Below, piece after piece: positions 20,611-32,500 of a stretch of DNA of 64,000 bases. The translations under genes and the position numbers were made by a program. Location of the stretch: contig CAWKCL010000007.1 in NCBI GenBank assembly GCA_963848155.1, forward strand, positions 1,201,443-1,265,442. Reading direction: 5' to 3'. The notes under the pieces were generated by a model. That model worked only from the letters and a program-made list of their open reading frames with translations. It was not told where the DNA came from and made no database searches. The stretch's first letter is position 1, and every line of letters starts with the position of its first letter. Source of the DNA: an uncultured delta proteobacterium (GTDB lineage Bacteria; Desulfobacterota; Zymogenia; Zymogenales; Zymogenaceae).

Positions 20611-20690
20611 AGTACCATAGTAGTAGTAAGTTTCTGATATGTCAACTATATTCGCACACTCTCAAATAAATCGAGATAATCGGGGATTAG

Positions 20691-20775
20691 TTGACGTATC
20701 GGGAATAATATCGAGAAATTCGTTGCCATACGTGGGATACCGGTCAAAAGAGATGTTGACATATTGGGAACTATT
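20691..20775. promoter_or_regulatory. direct repeats TTGACGTATCGGGAATAATA / TTGACATATTGGGAACTATT in the XRE-sigma4 divergent intergenic region
   Basis: Repeat 1 at 20691-20710, repeat 2 at 20756-20775. Repeat 2 overlaps a sigma70-like -35 TTGACA, 17 nt, TAGTGT, then AAGGAG and the ATG at 20818. An inverted GTCAAC lies at 20641-20646. Confidence 0.4.
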
Positions 20776-20817
20776 TCATAGTGTATCGTCCGGTCATACA
20801 CAAAAGGAGTCAGTATA

Positions 20818-21071
20818 TGTTTAATCCCGACTGCTACCTCCCATCGGAATCCTTCTTCTCTCGATACGAAAAGGCGCTTATGGAACTCCCCGACGATGAT
20901 CTGTTCATTTGGCTGATGCACCGGGCCGGTAAGAGTCAGGAATGGATCGCCCGCAAGCTCAGCCTTAGCCAATCAGCGGTCAGTCATCGGATCAAGAAAA
21001 TAGAGCGTCATTTTAGACGACGGGTGACCGGTAGAGCGGAGACGGGTAACATCCGTATTAGGAAAAATTAA
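20818..21071 (+). CDS. sigma-70 region-4-like (HTH only) small DNA-binding protein; paralog of 39292-39522
   Basis: Start MFNPD, with AAGGAG 9 nt upstream. ...YEKALMELPDDDLFIWLMHRAGKSQEWIARKLSLSQSAVSHRIKKIERHFRRRV... matches the sigma r4 / ArpU-RinA-like pattern. Confidence 0.55.
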
Positions 21072-21143
21072 TTGAACTGCTTGACTTTTACGGGAAATTG
21101 ATTATATAATTAAAGGTCTATACTCGGAAAGTTACGGAAAGAA

Positions 21144-22388
21144 ATGAACTCAATTAAGAAAACATCCATCCTTGTTGCTGTCCTCCTCATTCTATCGGTC
21201 GTTCCCGAATCGGCGCTGGCCGGCAGTTGGTTTACCGACTGGAAAGGCAAGATCGTTTACTATCATGAGCTCCTCGAGAAGCTTGTGTTTCTCCCGGATC
21301 TCCCGGCGGCCCCAAAACGGATTAACGTCCTCATTCTTGGCCTCGACGGCCGTCGAGGCCAACACGATCGAAGGGCCGATGCCATTCATCTCATGACGCT
21401 CCTCCCGTATCAGGGCAAAATTAGAATCACCTCGATTCCCCGGGGGACCATGAGCGAAAAAATCATGGATGGCAAGGAGATCATCGCCAACACATACTCA
21501 CTTGAGGGTCGTGAGGGAACCATTAAGGCCGTCCAGGATTACCTCGAAGTCCACGTCGATTATTACATTATCGTCGGTTTTTCCGAGGCGGAGGCGCTCT
21601 TCGAAAAGCTTGGCTACAATGGAGAAAAGACCCTGCAGGTTCTCCGCTCTCGCAAGGCATACGGGATGGGTGATCCCCAGCGATCGCATAACCAGGCCTT
21701 TTTCATCGCCTCCGAGATTATGCGCAACTATCCTCTTTTCAAGGAATACCCCACGTTGGGCCGGGCGCTCCTATTCGTTTCCCACGAGATAGTCGAGACC
21801 AATATGCCCTTCGAGGTAATGGTTCAGGTGTCGGACCTTTACCTTGCCAACGGTCTGAACGATATCACCCTCCTGATGCAACCAAGTAACTACATGTCAA
21901 GCCTCAAGGACATCAAGCTCACTCCCGAGACGATCGATACCGTCCTCAACGAACAGAAAAGGAACATGGAAAAGAATGAGGAAGCCCAAAAAGACATGGA
22001 GGAGATGAAAGAGAAGCAAGAGGAAGAGGCACCGATGTCCCAATACCTTTCGGGGATTATTACCTACAATAAGCGGTTTCTCGGAAAAGAGGACCGTAAG
22101 GTCATCAGTCGGACCTCAATGCACTATGAACAAAAACTCTGGTACCAGGTAAAGGATAAAAGGCTTGCGGAGAAACTTCACTTCCAGTTCATGGAGCTTC
22201 TCTACCAGGCCTATTTTAACCTGGGGGAATACGACAAGGCCCGTTCAGTTGCACAGGGTTTTATGGACGAACGCTCGTTGGACCTGATCAATAAGGACTT
22301 CCAGCTCCAGGTCGGCGATATGATCAAACGGTGTGAAGAGCGTCTTTACGCCGACAAGAGCGGTGCGGTAGAGGTTCACCTTGCGTAG
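21144..22388 (+). CDS. LCP (LytR-CpsA-Psr) family protein with extended C-terminal region
   Basis: Signal/TM N-terminus, then ...INVLILGLDGRRGQHDRRADAIHLMTL...ITSIPRGT... (LCP core). Confidence 0.55.
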   Translation: MNSIKKTSILVAVLLILSVVPESALAGSWFTDWKGKIVYYHELLEKLVFLPDLPAAPKRINVLILGLDGRRGQHDRRADAIHLMTLLPYQGKIRITSIPRGTMSEKIMDGKEIIANTYSLEGREGTIKAVQDYLEVHVDYYIIVGFSEAEALFEKLGYNGEKTLQVLRSRKAYGMGDPQRSHNQAFFIASEIMRNYPLFKEYPTLGRALLFVSHEIVETNMPFEVMVQVSDLYLANGLNDITLLMQPSNYMSSLKDIKLTPETIDTVLNEQKRNMEKNEEAQKDMEEMKEKQEEEAPMSQYLSGIITYNKRFLGKEDRKVISRTSMHYEQKLWYQVKDKRLAEKLHFQFMELLYQAYFNLGEYDKARSVAQGFMDERSLDLINKDFQLQVGDMIKRCEERLYADKSGAVEVHLA

Positions 22389-22469
22389 TCGGTGGACCGG
22401 CTATTCCTCGGGTTCTAAGCGCGGGCTATGTAGCGTCAATTATATAATACTTTTTACCGGTTTTATACT

Positions 22470-23646
22470 ATGAGAGAGAGCCAGGAACAAGGAAGCATGA
22501 CCGGCGTTTCGGACGGCGCGGATCGCGCGTGTTCTCGAAGAGCGTTGACATGGGGATGGCCGTCGCCGGATTACCTGCCCTGGCGGTTGTGCGCCGCTTT
22601 GTTATATTGCCTATCGTTCTCATCTTACCCCTGCTCTTCGGTTGTGCAACGTTACTGGGTACGACCCTCCGAGACGACGGCTATACCGCCCCTGGATAGC
22701 AGTGGACTTATTCAGGAGAGCCCGAATCCCTACATTCGGGATACGATTATCACTCACGCGAGTCTCCCCTTTGAGCCGTTGGGTAAAGAGTTCCCCTTTT
22801 ATCGTACCCCCTTCTGGGATACGTTCTCCCTGGGTCATTTCGAGCTCCGAGTAACGCCTGAAGACGAGCGCCCCAATTGCCTCGGCGGAGTCCAGATGAA
22901 CTACCCCAAGTGGGTTATTGCGTTGGCGCGCGAATTCGGGTACACGAACGCGGTGGAGATGCTCTACTGGGGTGTTGTCTTTACTGACGTGGTGCGGGGA
23001 AAGCTCGAGCTGACGTGGGCGGGAAGCCTCGAATCATCCATGAATAAGGCGCGCCGCCGGGATTTCTATTCCTTATTTGACTACATGGATCTCAATTACG
23101 CCGAGTTTTCGTGGATATATTTCGAGCGAGACATACAACAACCGGTGGATCGTTGCGATGAAGAAGAACCCCGAGACCGGCCTGGACGCCTTCGTCTATT
23201 GGAAGGAACATAAGAAAGAATTCCCCGTACGGGTCAGGCTTCCACGGGTAGACAGCTTTCAATATATCCCCCGGGAAGGAGATATCGTGGTGGGTCTATA
23301 CAACCAGACAAACTACCCGACCAGCTACATCAGCCATATTATGTTTTGCGTTAAGGGGGGAGAGGACCCCGTTTTCGCCGAGCAGCTCGAGGAGTACGGC
23401 TATTTCTCACCCTATTCGAACCTCATCAAGAACGAATTCGACTATGGGATCGAGGCGGTTATCCGCCCGTTTTATCCGGTGGATCCCTCGCGCTTCGACG
23501 AGTTTGTTAAGACGCCCCTGACTTCTTACGACGAGCCAATCCCCGATGGTTCGATCTTCCTTGCACCGAAGGCATTGATCAGGCAGCACCTCATGGAAAC
23601 GATAAAAGCCCCGGGGGCCGTTGAAGCGCTGGACCAATCCCGATAG
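22470..23646 (+). CDS. hypothetical protein (two overlapping same-strand ORFs; apparent frameshift ~23.1 kb)
   Basis: 247-aa and 189-aa ORFs overlap by ~135 nt. No recognisable domain. Confidence 0.3.
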
Positions 23647-23954
23647 TCAGCCAGTCTCATCGTGCCGTTCCAATATCCGGGATTCCCGGATTACTTCCTT
23701 CTTAAAAATCTCGGCCAATGGTCAATAACGCTTGTCTACTTCCCGTTCGTGCGCCGGTAACCGGCACCAGGGTTGTATCGTAGCGAGACGGTTATCGCAA
23801 ATGCCGGGGTTGCCTCCCGTTAGCCCCATGATCGAAACCACGGAGATGTCTTCTTCGGGCGCTTTCCCGATGCGATACCTTACGCCCAGAATACTCATTG
23901 ACACATAACCTCCGATCGAGTATTCTATAGAGGTAATAAGAGGCGCACCTGGCG

Positions 23955-24824
23955 ATGCATGTTACCTGTCCGTCATGTAAATTCGGTGGAACAGTACGAG
24001 ACGATCAGATTCCTCCTGACGGAAAAGAAGTCTATTGCCCTAACTGTAACGTAAAGTTTCGCATAAGGAAGGGACGAACCTCCCCGCCAAAACCTCCCCA
24101 AGACCGGGAGGAAGCCGTCACGGCGCAGACTGAACAACCTGAATATCTCTCGGTTTCCTGTCCCGTTTGCGGGTTCACGGGAAAGCTCAAACGAAGCAGT
24201 ATCGTCGGCGGTCAATCAAAGAAGATTACCTGTCCTTCATGTAAGAATCCATTCACGTTCACCCCGCCTGACGCCGCCCCCCTATCCGATAACGAAGTGT
24301 CGACTACCCGCACGGACGAGAACACGCCCTCATCGTGCCCGAGTTGCGGTTCATCCATACAGCGTCTGTTACCGGTCTGTCTCTCATGCGGCAGGGTGCT
24401 CACGGGAACTAAGATTTATTGTCCGTCGTGTAAATCCGCGAATGTTGGTATCAGCGGGAATTCCCATGGTAATGGAGGATCACAGTGGGAAACCACGGTA
24501 TTTAAACCCGTTTCTCGCGCGGCGGAAAATTCCGAGGATATACGCATCCCCATGTCATGCCGGGATTGCGGCATGACATGGATCGTACAGCCCACTCTTG
24601 CCGACACGACCGAAGAAACGGCCGGATGCTACCTCAGAGGAGGATTGAACGCTCGTTTCGCCCCTATTTCTCCCTTTGCAGAATCCCAGGTAACTGAGTT
24701 TACCGCGATAATAGCCGGCAGCAGAATAACCGAAGACACGTCAATTCATCAACTTCGCGTAATCCATTTCTCCGACGTTTCCCAACCTCAAAAGAGAAAT
24801 CCCTTTCCTTTTCAGTGGAGATAG
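23955..24824 (+). CDS. multi-zinc-ribbon protein (4-5 MJ0042-type CxxC...CxxC ribbons)
   Basis: Repeated C-P-x-C ... C-P-x-C units: CPSCKF..CPNCN, CPVCGF..CPSCKN, CPSCGS..CLSCGR, CPSCKS, CRDCGM. Confidence 0.55.
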   Translation: MHVTCPSCKFGGTVRDDQIPPDGKEVYCPNCNVKFRIRKGRTSPPKPPQDREEAVTAQTEQPEYLSVSCPVCGFTGKLKRSSIVGGQSKKITCPSCKNPFTFTPPDAAPLSDNEVSTTRTDENTPSSCPSCGSSIQRLLPVCLSCGRVLTGTKIYCPSCKSANVGISGNSHGNGGSQWETTVFKPVSRAAENSEDIRIPMSCRDCGMTWIVQPTLADTTEETAGCYLRGGLNARFAPISPFAESQVTEFTAIIAGSRITEDTSIHQLRVIHFSDVSQPQKRNPFPFQWR

Positions 24825-24888
24825 GCTATACTCTCAGGTGAAAGCCTAATCGCCGATTCCTTTATTCTTTGCCCTCCAGGATAGATTC

Positions 24889-26208
24889 ATGATCGAGCGT
24901 TATACCAGGCCGGAGATGGGTAACATATGGGAGCCGAAAAGGCGCTTCGAGACATGGCTTGCGATTGAAATCGCGGCTTGCGAGGCATGGTCCTCTTTGG
25001 GAAGAATTCCTTCGGCCGACGCGGACGTGATACGGAACCTTCGGGATTATCAATTTACCGATTCGGATATCAAGGAGATAGCCGATATCGAGGAAGTTAC
25101 GAAGCATGACGTGATCTCGTTTGTGACTTTCACACAAAAGAAAATCCACGCCTCCTCCGCCCGATTCATCCACATGGGTTTGACCTCTTCAGACGTTCTG
25201 GATACTTCACTTGCCCTTCTGCTCATCCAGGCAGCAGATCTCATTATTGCCGATATCGATAAACTCATGGTAGTCCTCAAACGGCGCGCCTTTGAGTTTA
25301 AAAATACGATTATGGTCGGCCGTACCCACGGCATCCATGCCGAGCCGATCACCTTTGGCCACAAGCTTGCCGTCTGGTACGAGGAGACAAAGAGAAACCG
25401 CACGCGAATGGTGGAAGCCCGAAAGTCAGTAGCGGTCGGCAAATTATCGGGAGCGGTCGGGACGTTTGCGAACCTTGATCCGCGGGTGGAAGAAATCGTG
25501 ATGGAACGGCTTGGTCTTGTACCGGAGCCCGCGGCAACCCAGATCGTCCAGCGGGACCGCCATGCGCAGTTCTTTACGACGCTGGCCGTCGTCGCGTCTT
25601 CCGTTGAGCGATTTGCCGTTGAGATCAGGCACCTGCAACGAACCGAGGTGGCCGAAGCCCAGGAATACTTCTCCGCCGGTCAGAAGGGATCATCGGCCAT
25701 GCCGCACAAACGAAACCCGATACTCTCCGAAAACATCGATGGTTTGGCGCGGATCATCCGGGCCAACGCAGTGGCGGCGCTTGAAAATGTCGTTCTGTGG
25801 CACGAGCGGGATATCAGCCACTCGTCGGTTGAGCGGGTCATCGCGCCCGACTCGACGATCCTTCTTGACTTTATTCTTGTCCGTTTTTCCAATCTCGTAG
25901 ACAAGCTTGTCGTCTATCCGGAAAGAATGAAACGGAACCTCGAAGCGACGGGCGGTCTCATCTATTCGCAAAGGCTCATGACGGAGCTTATCAATGTAAC
26001 GGGAATGGGGAAAACGAGAGACGATATTTACGAGCACGTTCAGAGTATCGCGAAGAAGGCCATGGATGGAAAGACCAGTTTTATTGAGTTGGTACAGCAG
26101 GACGAGAAGATATCGGGTTTTCTTACTCAGGAAAGGATCAAGGAGATATTCGATCCCACGTGGTATGTCCGCTATACGGATTACATTTTTGACAGGGTCT
26201 TCTCGTGA
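24889..26208 (+). CDS. purB: adenylosuccinate lyase
   Basis: 439 aa. MIERYTRPEMGNIWEP... N-terminus and ...GSSAMPHKRNP... fumarate-lyase signature. Confidence 0.85.
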   Translation: MIERYTRPEMGNIWEPKRRFETWLAIEIAACEAWSSLGRIPSADADVIRNLRDYQFTDSDIKEIADIEEVTKHDVISFVTFTQKKIHASSARFIHMGLTSSDVLDTSLALLLIQAADLIIADIDKLMVVLKRRAFEFKNTIMVGRTHGIHAEPITFGHKLAVWYEETKRNRTRMVEARKSVAVGKLSGAVGTFANLDPRVEEIVMERLGLVPEPAATQIVQRDRHAQFFTTLAVVASSVERFAVEIRHLQRTEVAEAQEYFSAGQKGSSAMPHKRNPILSENIDGLARIIRANAVAALENVVLWHERDISHSSVERVIAPDSTILLDFILVRFSNLVDKLVVYPERMKRNLEATGGLIYSQRLMTELINVTGMGKTRDDIYEHVQSIAKKAMDGKTSFIELVQQDEKISGFLTQERIKEIFDPTWYVRYTDYIFDRVFS

Positions 26209-26279
26209 GAGTTCTCTGTTCCCTGCAGCGTTTTATCGTGATATAATGAGTTATTAAGAACCTATCTATCCTACCAACC

Positions 26280-27707
26280 ATGGACAAGCTTCACGAAGAG
26301 TGCGGGGTATTCGGCATCTGCTGCGACGGGGAGGCCAGCAAGCTCACCTATTTGGGCCTGTATGCCCTCCAGCATCGCGGTCAGGAGAGCGCCGGGATCG
26401 TAGCCCACGACGGCAGGCGCTTTTACGCCCACAAGGCCATGGGGCTGGTCAACGATATCTTTGACGAGGATACACTGGACGCCCTCAAGGGCCATATGGC
26501 CATCGGGCACGTACGATACTCCACATACGGATCTACGATAATAGAGAACGCCCAGCCCCTGGTCGTCAACAACCATCGGGGTGGGCTCGCAGTCGCCCAT
26601 AACGGAAATCTTATCAACGCCGGAAGGATCAGGCACAGGCTGGAGGAAAGCGGCTCTATCTTCCAGTCCACCTCCGATACCGAGGTAGTGATACACCTCA
26701 TGGCCCAGTCTCGGCGAGAGTCCCTTATCGACCGCCTTACTGATGCCCTTACCATGTTAAGGGGATCCTATTCGCTCGTGATGCTTACGGAAGGAAAACT
26801 GATCGCCGCCCGCGATCCGCGGGGCTTCCGACCGCTGGTGCTGGGCGGCCTTAAGGATAGCTATGTCGTTGCTTCAGAGACCTGTGCCCTTGATCTGATT
26901 GAGGCCCGCTATATTCGGGACGTGGCCCCCGGCGAAGTCATTATATTCGATGAAAACGGGTTGCAGTCCTACTTTCCCTTTCCGAAGGAGGATCACTCGT
27001 TCTGCGTGTTCGAATATATCTATTTCGCGCGCCCCGATTCGATCGTTTTCGGCCAGAACGTCTATACGATCAGGAAATCGTTTGGCGAAAAGCTGGCCCG
27101 CGAGGACGATATCGAGGCGGACCTCGTAATCCCGGTGCCCGACTCGGGTGTCCCCGCCGCCGTCGGGTACGCCCAAACGGCCGGTATACCATTCGAATTC
27201 GGTCTTATAAGAAACCACTATGTTGGAAGGACCTTTATCGAGCCCTCGCAGGGAATTCGCCATTTCGGGGTGAAGATCAAGCTCAATCCCGTCAAACAGG
27301 AGTTATGCGGAAAACGGGTTGTGGTCATCGATGACTCTATCGTGCGGGGGACTACCGCAAAAAAAATCATCGGGATGATCCGGGGCGCAGGCGCAAAAGA
27401 GATCCACATGCGCATCAGCTCCCCGCCAACTACGCATTCCTGCTATTTCGGGATAGATACACCCACCCGGCAGGAGCTCATCGCATCCAACCATACCGTG
27501 AAAGAGGTATCCGACTTTATTGAGGTGGATTCCCTTAAGTATCTCTCCCTTGAGGGACTGATGGACTCCGCTAATCAAACGGGACTGTCGTTCTGTAACG
27601 CGTGTTTTTCCGGCAGATACCCGATATCGGTGGGCGAGGATATCGACGACGAGGTATTGCAGCTCGTACTCTTTCCCAAACGAAGCCGGGCGATGGGAGT
27701 GGTATAA
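26280..27707 (+). CDS. purF: amidophosphoribosyltransferase
   Basis: 475 aa. N-terminal [13 protein letters not shown] (Ntn Cys). The PRTase domain and a C-terminal Cys cluster are present. Confidence 0.85.
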   Translation: MDKLHEECGVFGICCDGEASKLTYLGLYALQHRGQESAGIVAHDGRRFYAHKAMGLVNDIFDEDTLDALKGHMAIGHVRYSTYGSTIIENAQPLVVNNHRGGLAVAHNGNLINAGRIRHRLEESGSIFQSTSDTEVVIHLMAQSRRESLIDRLTDALTMLRGSYSLVMLTEGKLIAARDPRGFRPLVLGGLKDSYVVASETCALDLIEARYIRDVAPGEVIIFDENGLQSYFPFPKEDHSFCVFEYIYFARPDSIVFGQNVYTIRKSFGEKLAREDDIEADLVIPVPDSGVPAAVGYAQTAGIPFEFGLIRNHYVGRTFIEPSQGIRHFGVKIKLNPVKQELCGKRVVVIDDSIVRGTTAKKIIGMIRGAGAKEIHMRISSPPTTHSCYFGIDTPTRQELIASNHTVKEVSDFIEVDSLKYLSLEGLMDSANQTGLSFCNACFSGRYPISVGEDIDDEVLQLVLFPKRSRAMGVV

Positions 27708-29105
27708 GTGATCAGGTTGAATCTGCATAATACGGACGTCAACCTGAAAATTGTTATCATGGGACCGGAGCGATCCGGCAAAACTTCGATTATCACCTAT
27801 CTTACCCTCAATACTAAGAAACAATTCCGTTCTCCCCTCACCTCTCATGCAAATCCCGTTGGAAGGACGACGTTTTTCGACCACCTGAGGATTACTTTCG
27901 GTATGGTAGGGGACAAACGGGTAACTGTTGATTTATTCACGGCACCCGGAAGCCCCTATCTCTCCGCCCGGCGCAAGAAGGTCCTATACATGGCCGACGG
28001 AGTTATCTTCGCCCTTGATTCAAGCGGACAGGGGAAAGTGAACAATCTCAAGGCGGCGGCCGAGTTTATCAGTTGGCTCAGGTCCGATGGTATCAGGCCT
28101 TCACGCTTTCCTATTGTCTACCTCGATCATAAGGACGACGTAAAGAACCGATCGTCCCTCAGGATATTTAAAAGACTCTTCTCGCTTTCGCGTGCGCCAT
28201 TGATCCACGGTTCCTGCTACGAGGGAAGGGGAATATGGGAAACCCTCGATGCGGCGGTAAAAATCGCGCTTTCTTACAAGGGGAAGAAGCTTACCCGGGC
28301 TTTTGCTATACGTGAAGATGTCCCGGTAATCATGAGGGAATTTGAGGATATCTATAAGTCATACTACCTGAGGAAGGCGGCCTTTGAGTTCGATCGACAG
28401 CTCTCGTTCGGTCAAAGGGTCTTTAGGATCGACCCATGTTCCGAGGATTTTCTATTGACGCTCTCTGAGGCCTTTGAAAGGCAGGGTAAGTTCGAAAAGG
28501 CGCAGAAATATCGTCAATGGGCCTCCCGGCAGCACAATCCCGAGAATCCGGGAACGGCAATCAGGATCATAGATACGGAATCAAGGAACCCGATCAATAC
28601 GTTCGAGCGCTCCCGGTACCTCGCAGCTTCACGCGTCTTTATTGAGCAGGGCTACGATGAGCGGGCTCAGAAGGCCGTTAGGGCGGCCATCGCCGGTGAG
28701 GATGACTTGTTCCGCCATCTGATGCTAATGAAGCGTTTGGCCGAAATGAAATTGCGTGTGGGACGGCAGGAAGAAGCGCTCAACTCGTTCTCGAGGATTG
28801 CAAATCGATTGGCCGCGGCCGGGTATAATCGACAGGCACTATGTCTCTTTTATCGAGTGCTTTCCGTACGCCCGCGGAGCCTTGAATGCCTGCTCGGAAC
28901 CGCAAATGTCCTGGAAGCCCTGGGCAGGTACGTTGACGCCCTTAGCTATTTTAGAACGGTTCAGCAGATCATGAACGAAGCCAAGATCGTCGTGGGCAGG
29001 ACCGACGTACAGCAAAGGATCAGCGCCATCACTAAAAGGATAGAAGATACACGGAAGGTAAGCGATAGAATTCAGGATTCAAATCCATTAGATGGCCCGC
29101 CGTAA
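27708..29105 (+). CDS. MglA-like Ras-superfamily small GTPase fused to a C-terminal TPR-repeat domain
   Basis: G1 GPERSGKTS. Putative G3 DLFTAPGS, with Thr in the DxxG Asp position as in MglA-type GTPases. ~250-aa TPR-like C-terminus. GTG start overlaps the purF stop (ataaGTGatc). Confidence 0.55.
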   Translation: MIRLNLHNTDVNLKIVIMGPERSGKTSIITYLTLNTKKQFRSPLTSHANPVGRTTFFDHLRITFGMVGDKRVTVDLFTAPGSPYLSARRKKVLYMADGVIFALDSSGQGKVNNLKAAAEFISWLRSDGIRPSRFPIVYLDHKDDVKNRSSLRIFKRLFSLSRAPLIHGSCYEGRGIWETLDAAVKIALSYKGKKLTRAFAIREDVPVIMREFEDIYKSYYLRKAAFEFDRQLSFGQRVFRIDPCSEDFLLTLSEAFERQGKFEKAQKYRQWASRQHNPENPGTAIRIIDTESRNPINTFERSRYLAASRVFIEQGYDERAQKAVRAAIAGEDDLFRHLMLMKRLAEMKLRVGRQEEALNSFSRIANRLAAAGYNRQALCLFYRVLSVRPRSLECLLGTANVLEALGRYVDALSYFRTVQQIMNEAKIVVGRTDVQQRISAITKRIEDTRKVSDRIQDSNPLDGPP

Positions 29106-29571
29106 GTAGTAACCCACCGATCTTCAATTGTCAGCCCCTTTATGTATCACGTTTCCCGCCGTTTGGGACGTGACTTGATCGTGTCCGAAGTCGATTATCT
29201 TTGATCGACCGGCGTGTATAATTCCCTCGACTTTCCATTTGTGATAATATTTTTTCTTGACATCTTCACCGGAACCGTTTAGGGTATTAACATGAAGTAA
29301 AGAGTATATTAACATAGAACATGTTTTGTCGTTGCTTTTTATTTATTTCTCTACCTTTATTTATTTCCACCGTAAATGTCCCTTACGTCCCTTTTCTCCG
29401 GCAAATTGGCGCCGGGATTCTAATAGAACCTGAGCATATGATAAACCGCTGTTTTGTCTGCTTCGCGTTCTTTTAGATCCTGTTCCGCCCTTCTCGAGCG
29501 TACTAGAACCGGGATAAACGACGGTAATAGAACGCGTCCACGAGACAAGGCGGCTGTTTCGGAAGACGTCC

Positions 29572-32500
29572 ATGTCCAGACAAGACACCGATAATAGCGG
29601 GTTTATATCAGAGACGCCGGTCGGAGATGATGCGGATATCTCCGAAAATACCGCGCCCGACGTAATGCCGCAAGATCCCGGAGGTGATTATCGTCTTGTC
29701 GTCGAAAACGCCAGCCAGGGAATTGTCATTGCCCGCGAGAATACCATTCGCTACGCGAACCCTACGATTACCCACTATACCGGATACACCCGTGAAGAAC
29801 TGACGTCTCGCCCCTTTATCGAGCTCATACATCCCGATGACCGAGAGATGGTTATTAAAGAACACCTTGATGTTCTCCTCGGGAAGGTGCCTGTCGGGCG
29901 CCTAAATCACCGTATCGTAGATAAAGAGGGACACATCAAATGGATGGAGGTCACCGGCGTTCCGTTCACGTGGGAGGGGGCGGCCTCTACGCTCCTTTTC
30001 ATTAGCGATATAACAGAACGAAAGGGAACTGAAGACCGGCTCCAGACAATCCGAAGAGAGATACCGGAACATGGTAGAGCATACCGGTGACCTTATCTAT
30101 GTCACGGACAGCGAAGGGAATTTCAAATTCATTAACCAGACAATTGAGCGAGAATACGGCTTTTCCGCCGGCGAGCTTCTCGGTAAGCGATTTAAAGATA
30201 TTGTCACGCCTGAATCTTACACATTTGCTATTGAAACCTTCAGAAAACAGGTGAAAGGTATTGACGTAGGTATCGTTGAATATAGCCTTTACGATAAGAA
30301 TGGCCAGATCAGAACAATCGAGGCCAACGAGCGTTTGGTATGGGAGGGCGACCGGGCGGTCGAGATTTACGGTATTGCCCGTGACGTAACCGATAGGAAA
30401 CGAGCGGAGGCGGCACTCAGGGAATCGGAAGAAAAGTACCGGCTGATCCTCGACAACGCGGTAGAAGGTATCGCCATTGCGTACGAGAAAGGGCTCGGTT
30501 ACGTCAATCCGCAAATGACGAAATATATCGGGTATACCCGCGAGGAACTGCTCGAGCGGCCGTTTATAGACTTCATTTACCCCGATGATCAGGAGGAAGT
30601 CATTAATACTCACCTGGCGCTCATGCAGGGAGGCAACGAGACTATTGCAGCGACACTCCGTTTCATTGCCAGAAACGGCGCCATTCTTTGGGCCTCATAT
30701 ACGTCGGTCCCCGTCATATGGGACGGGCAACGCGCGGTGCTCTCTTTCGTGAAAGACGTGACGGATCAAAAGAGGGTACTGGACGAGCTTGCCGAGAGCG
30801 AGGAGAAGTACCGCCTCGTTGTCGAAAACGCCGAGGAAGTAATCATAGTCGCGGTGGACGGGTATTTAGCGCTTTATAATAAGAAGACCTCCGAATTATT
30901 CGGCTATTCGGAAGAAGAGCTGGCGTCCACCCCGATCATCGAGTTTTTTCACCCCGATGACCGCAAACTCGTCCTTGACCATAGAAGTAAACGGGATAGC
31001 GGCGATCCGGAGCCCCAGTTTTTCACCGCCCGCATGCTCACGAAGGGCGGCACGATAGTCTGGATGGAAAACAGCGTAGTGACTTTCCTCTGGCGGGGGA
31101 AACGTGCTGCACTTGTAATTGCCACCGATATTTCGGAACGGAAGCGGGTCGAAGATACCCTGAAAGAATCCGAGGAGAAGTACCGCCTTGTTGTTGAAAA
31201 CGCCAACGAAATAATAACGGTATCCGTGGACGGCACCTTACGTTTTGTTAACATGAAGGCCCTGGCCATATCCTCCTACCGTGAAGACGAGCTGTTGGGG
31301 ACGCCTACAATCGACCTCGTTCACCCGGACGACCGTCACTTGCTTGATCGAGCATAGGCGAAAACTCGGTAGAGGAGAGAAAACACCGCCGCTGCTTATC
31401 ATGCGGCTTATCACTAAGGACGGCAACATCATATGGACCGAAAATAGCATCGTGCCTATGTTATGGCAGGGGAAACCCGCCGCACTCAATATAGCCACTG
31501 ACATCACCGAGCGAAAGCGAATCGAGGATGCCCTGAGGGAATCGGAGGAGAAGTACCGGCTGGTCGTCGAGAATGCCAACGAAATCATCGTCATAACGCG
31601 AAACGGAATCGTCGAATTTGCCAACAACCGAGTCATGACTCTTTTCGGGGTTCCACCGAGCGCACTGCTTGGGAGGCATCTCACCGAGTTGGTTATTGGG
31701 GCTGACCGGGAAAAACTACGCGACGAGCTTAAAGACCTGGTCTCCCGAGTGGACGATTTCCCCTATTATCGATATCGCATGCGTGATGCAGGGGGAAATA
31801 TCCGCTGTATCGAGGTCAATGGGATTCCGATTATATGGGAGGGGCAACCCTCAGTACTGAGCTTCGTCTCCGACATAACCGAGAAAGTTGACGCGGAAGA
31901 AGAAATAAAAAGAAGGCTTCGTTACGAGCAGGCCGTGGCCTTCTGTTCTCGTGAGCTTGTCCCTTTGGCCGACCTCGAACTGACGATGCAGAAAATCGTC
32001 CATCATCTTCTTGAAAACCTGGGGGTTGGGGGGGTCTTTATCTGCAAGAACGTGATGGACCCCGTCGAAGGCATCAGTATGCTGACCATTGCTGAGGCGT
32101 TGGACGACCGCCATGTGCCGCGGCTTGACTTCCCGATACCGGACAAGGTGCCATACAAGTATCGCTCACGGGAGATGTTCGATGCGTTGAGTAGTGGCCG
32201 CTGGTTCGGAGGGCCGACAAAAGACTATCCCCCGGTTGACCGCGAGGTCCTTGCAGTCCTCGGTTCTTTATCCAGCATAATGATCCCGATCTTCGTTGCC
32301 GATACATTCTGGGGTTTCATCGGTTTTGATGACTACGAGATAGAACGCGTCTGGGACGAGCAGGATATCCTCCTGCTCCAGACCGTCTCCTCGATAATAG
32401 GAACGGCCGTCGCCCGCAAAGAGGCGAAAGACGCCCTCACCGAATCCGAGAAGAAATATCGCGAATTGGTGGACAGCACACACGATATGATCTATGTGGC

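Noticed and set aside
29106-29571. 465-nt AT-rich intergenic region with direct repeat CTTTATTTATTTC x2 and small ORF 29124-29315
   Set aside because: Likely just the promoter/leader of the PAS-protein gene. The repeat is short and low-complexity. The small ORF lacks an RBS.
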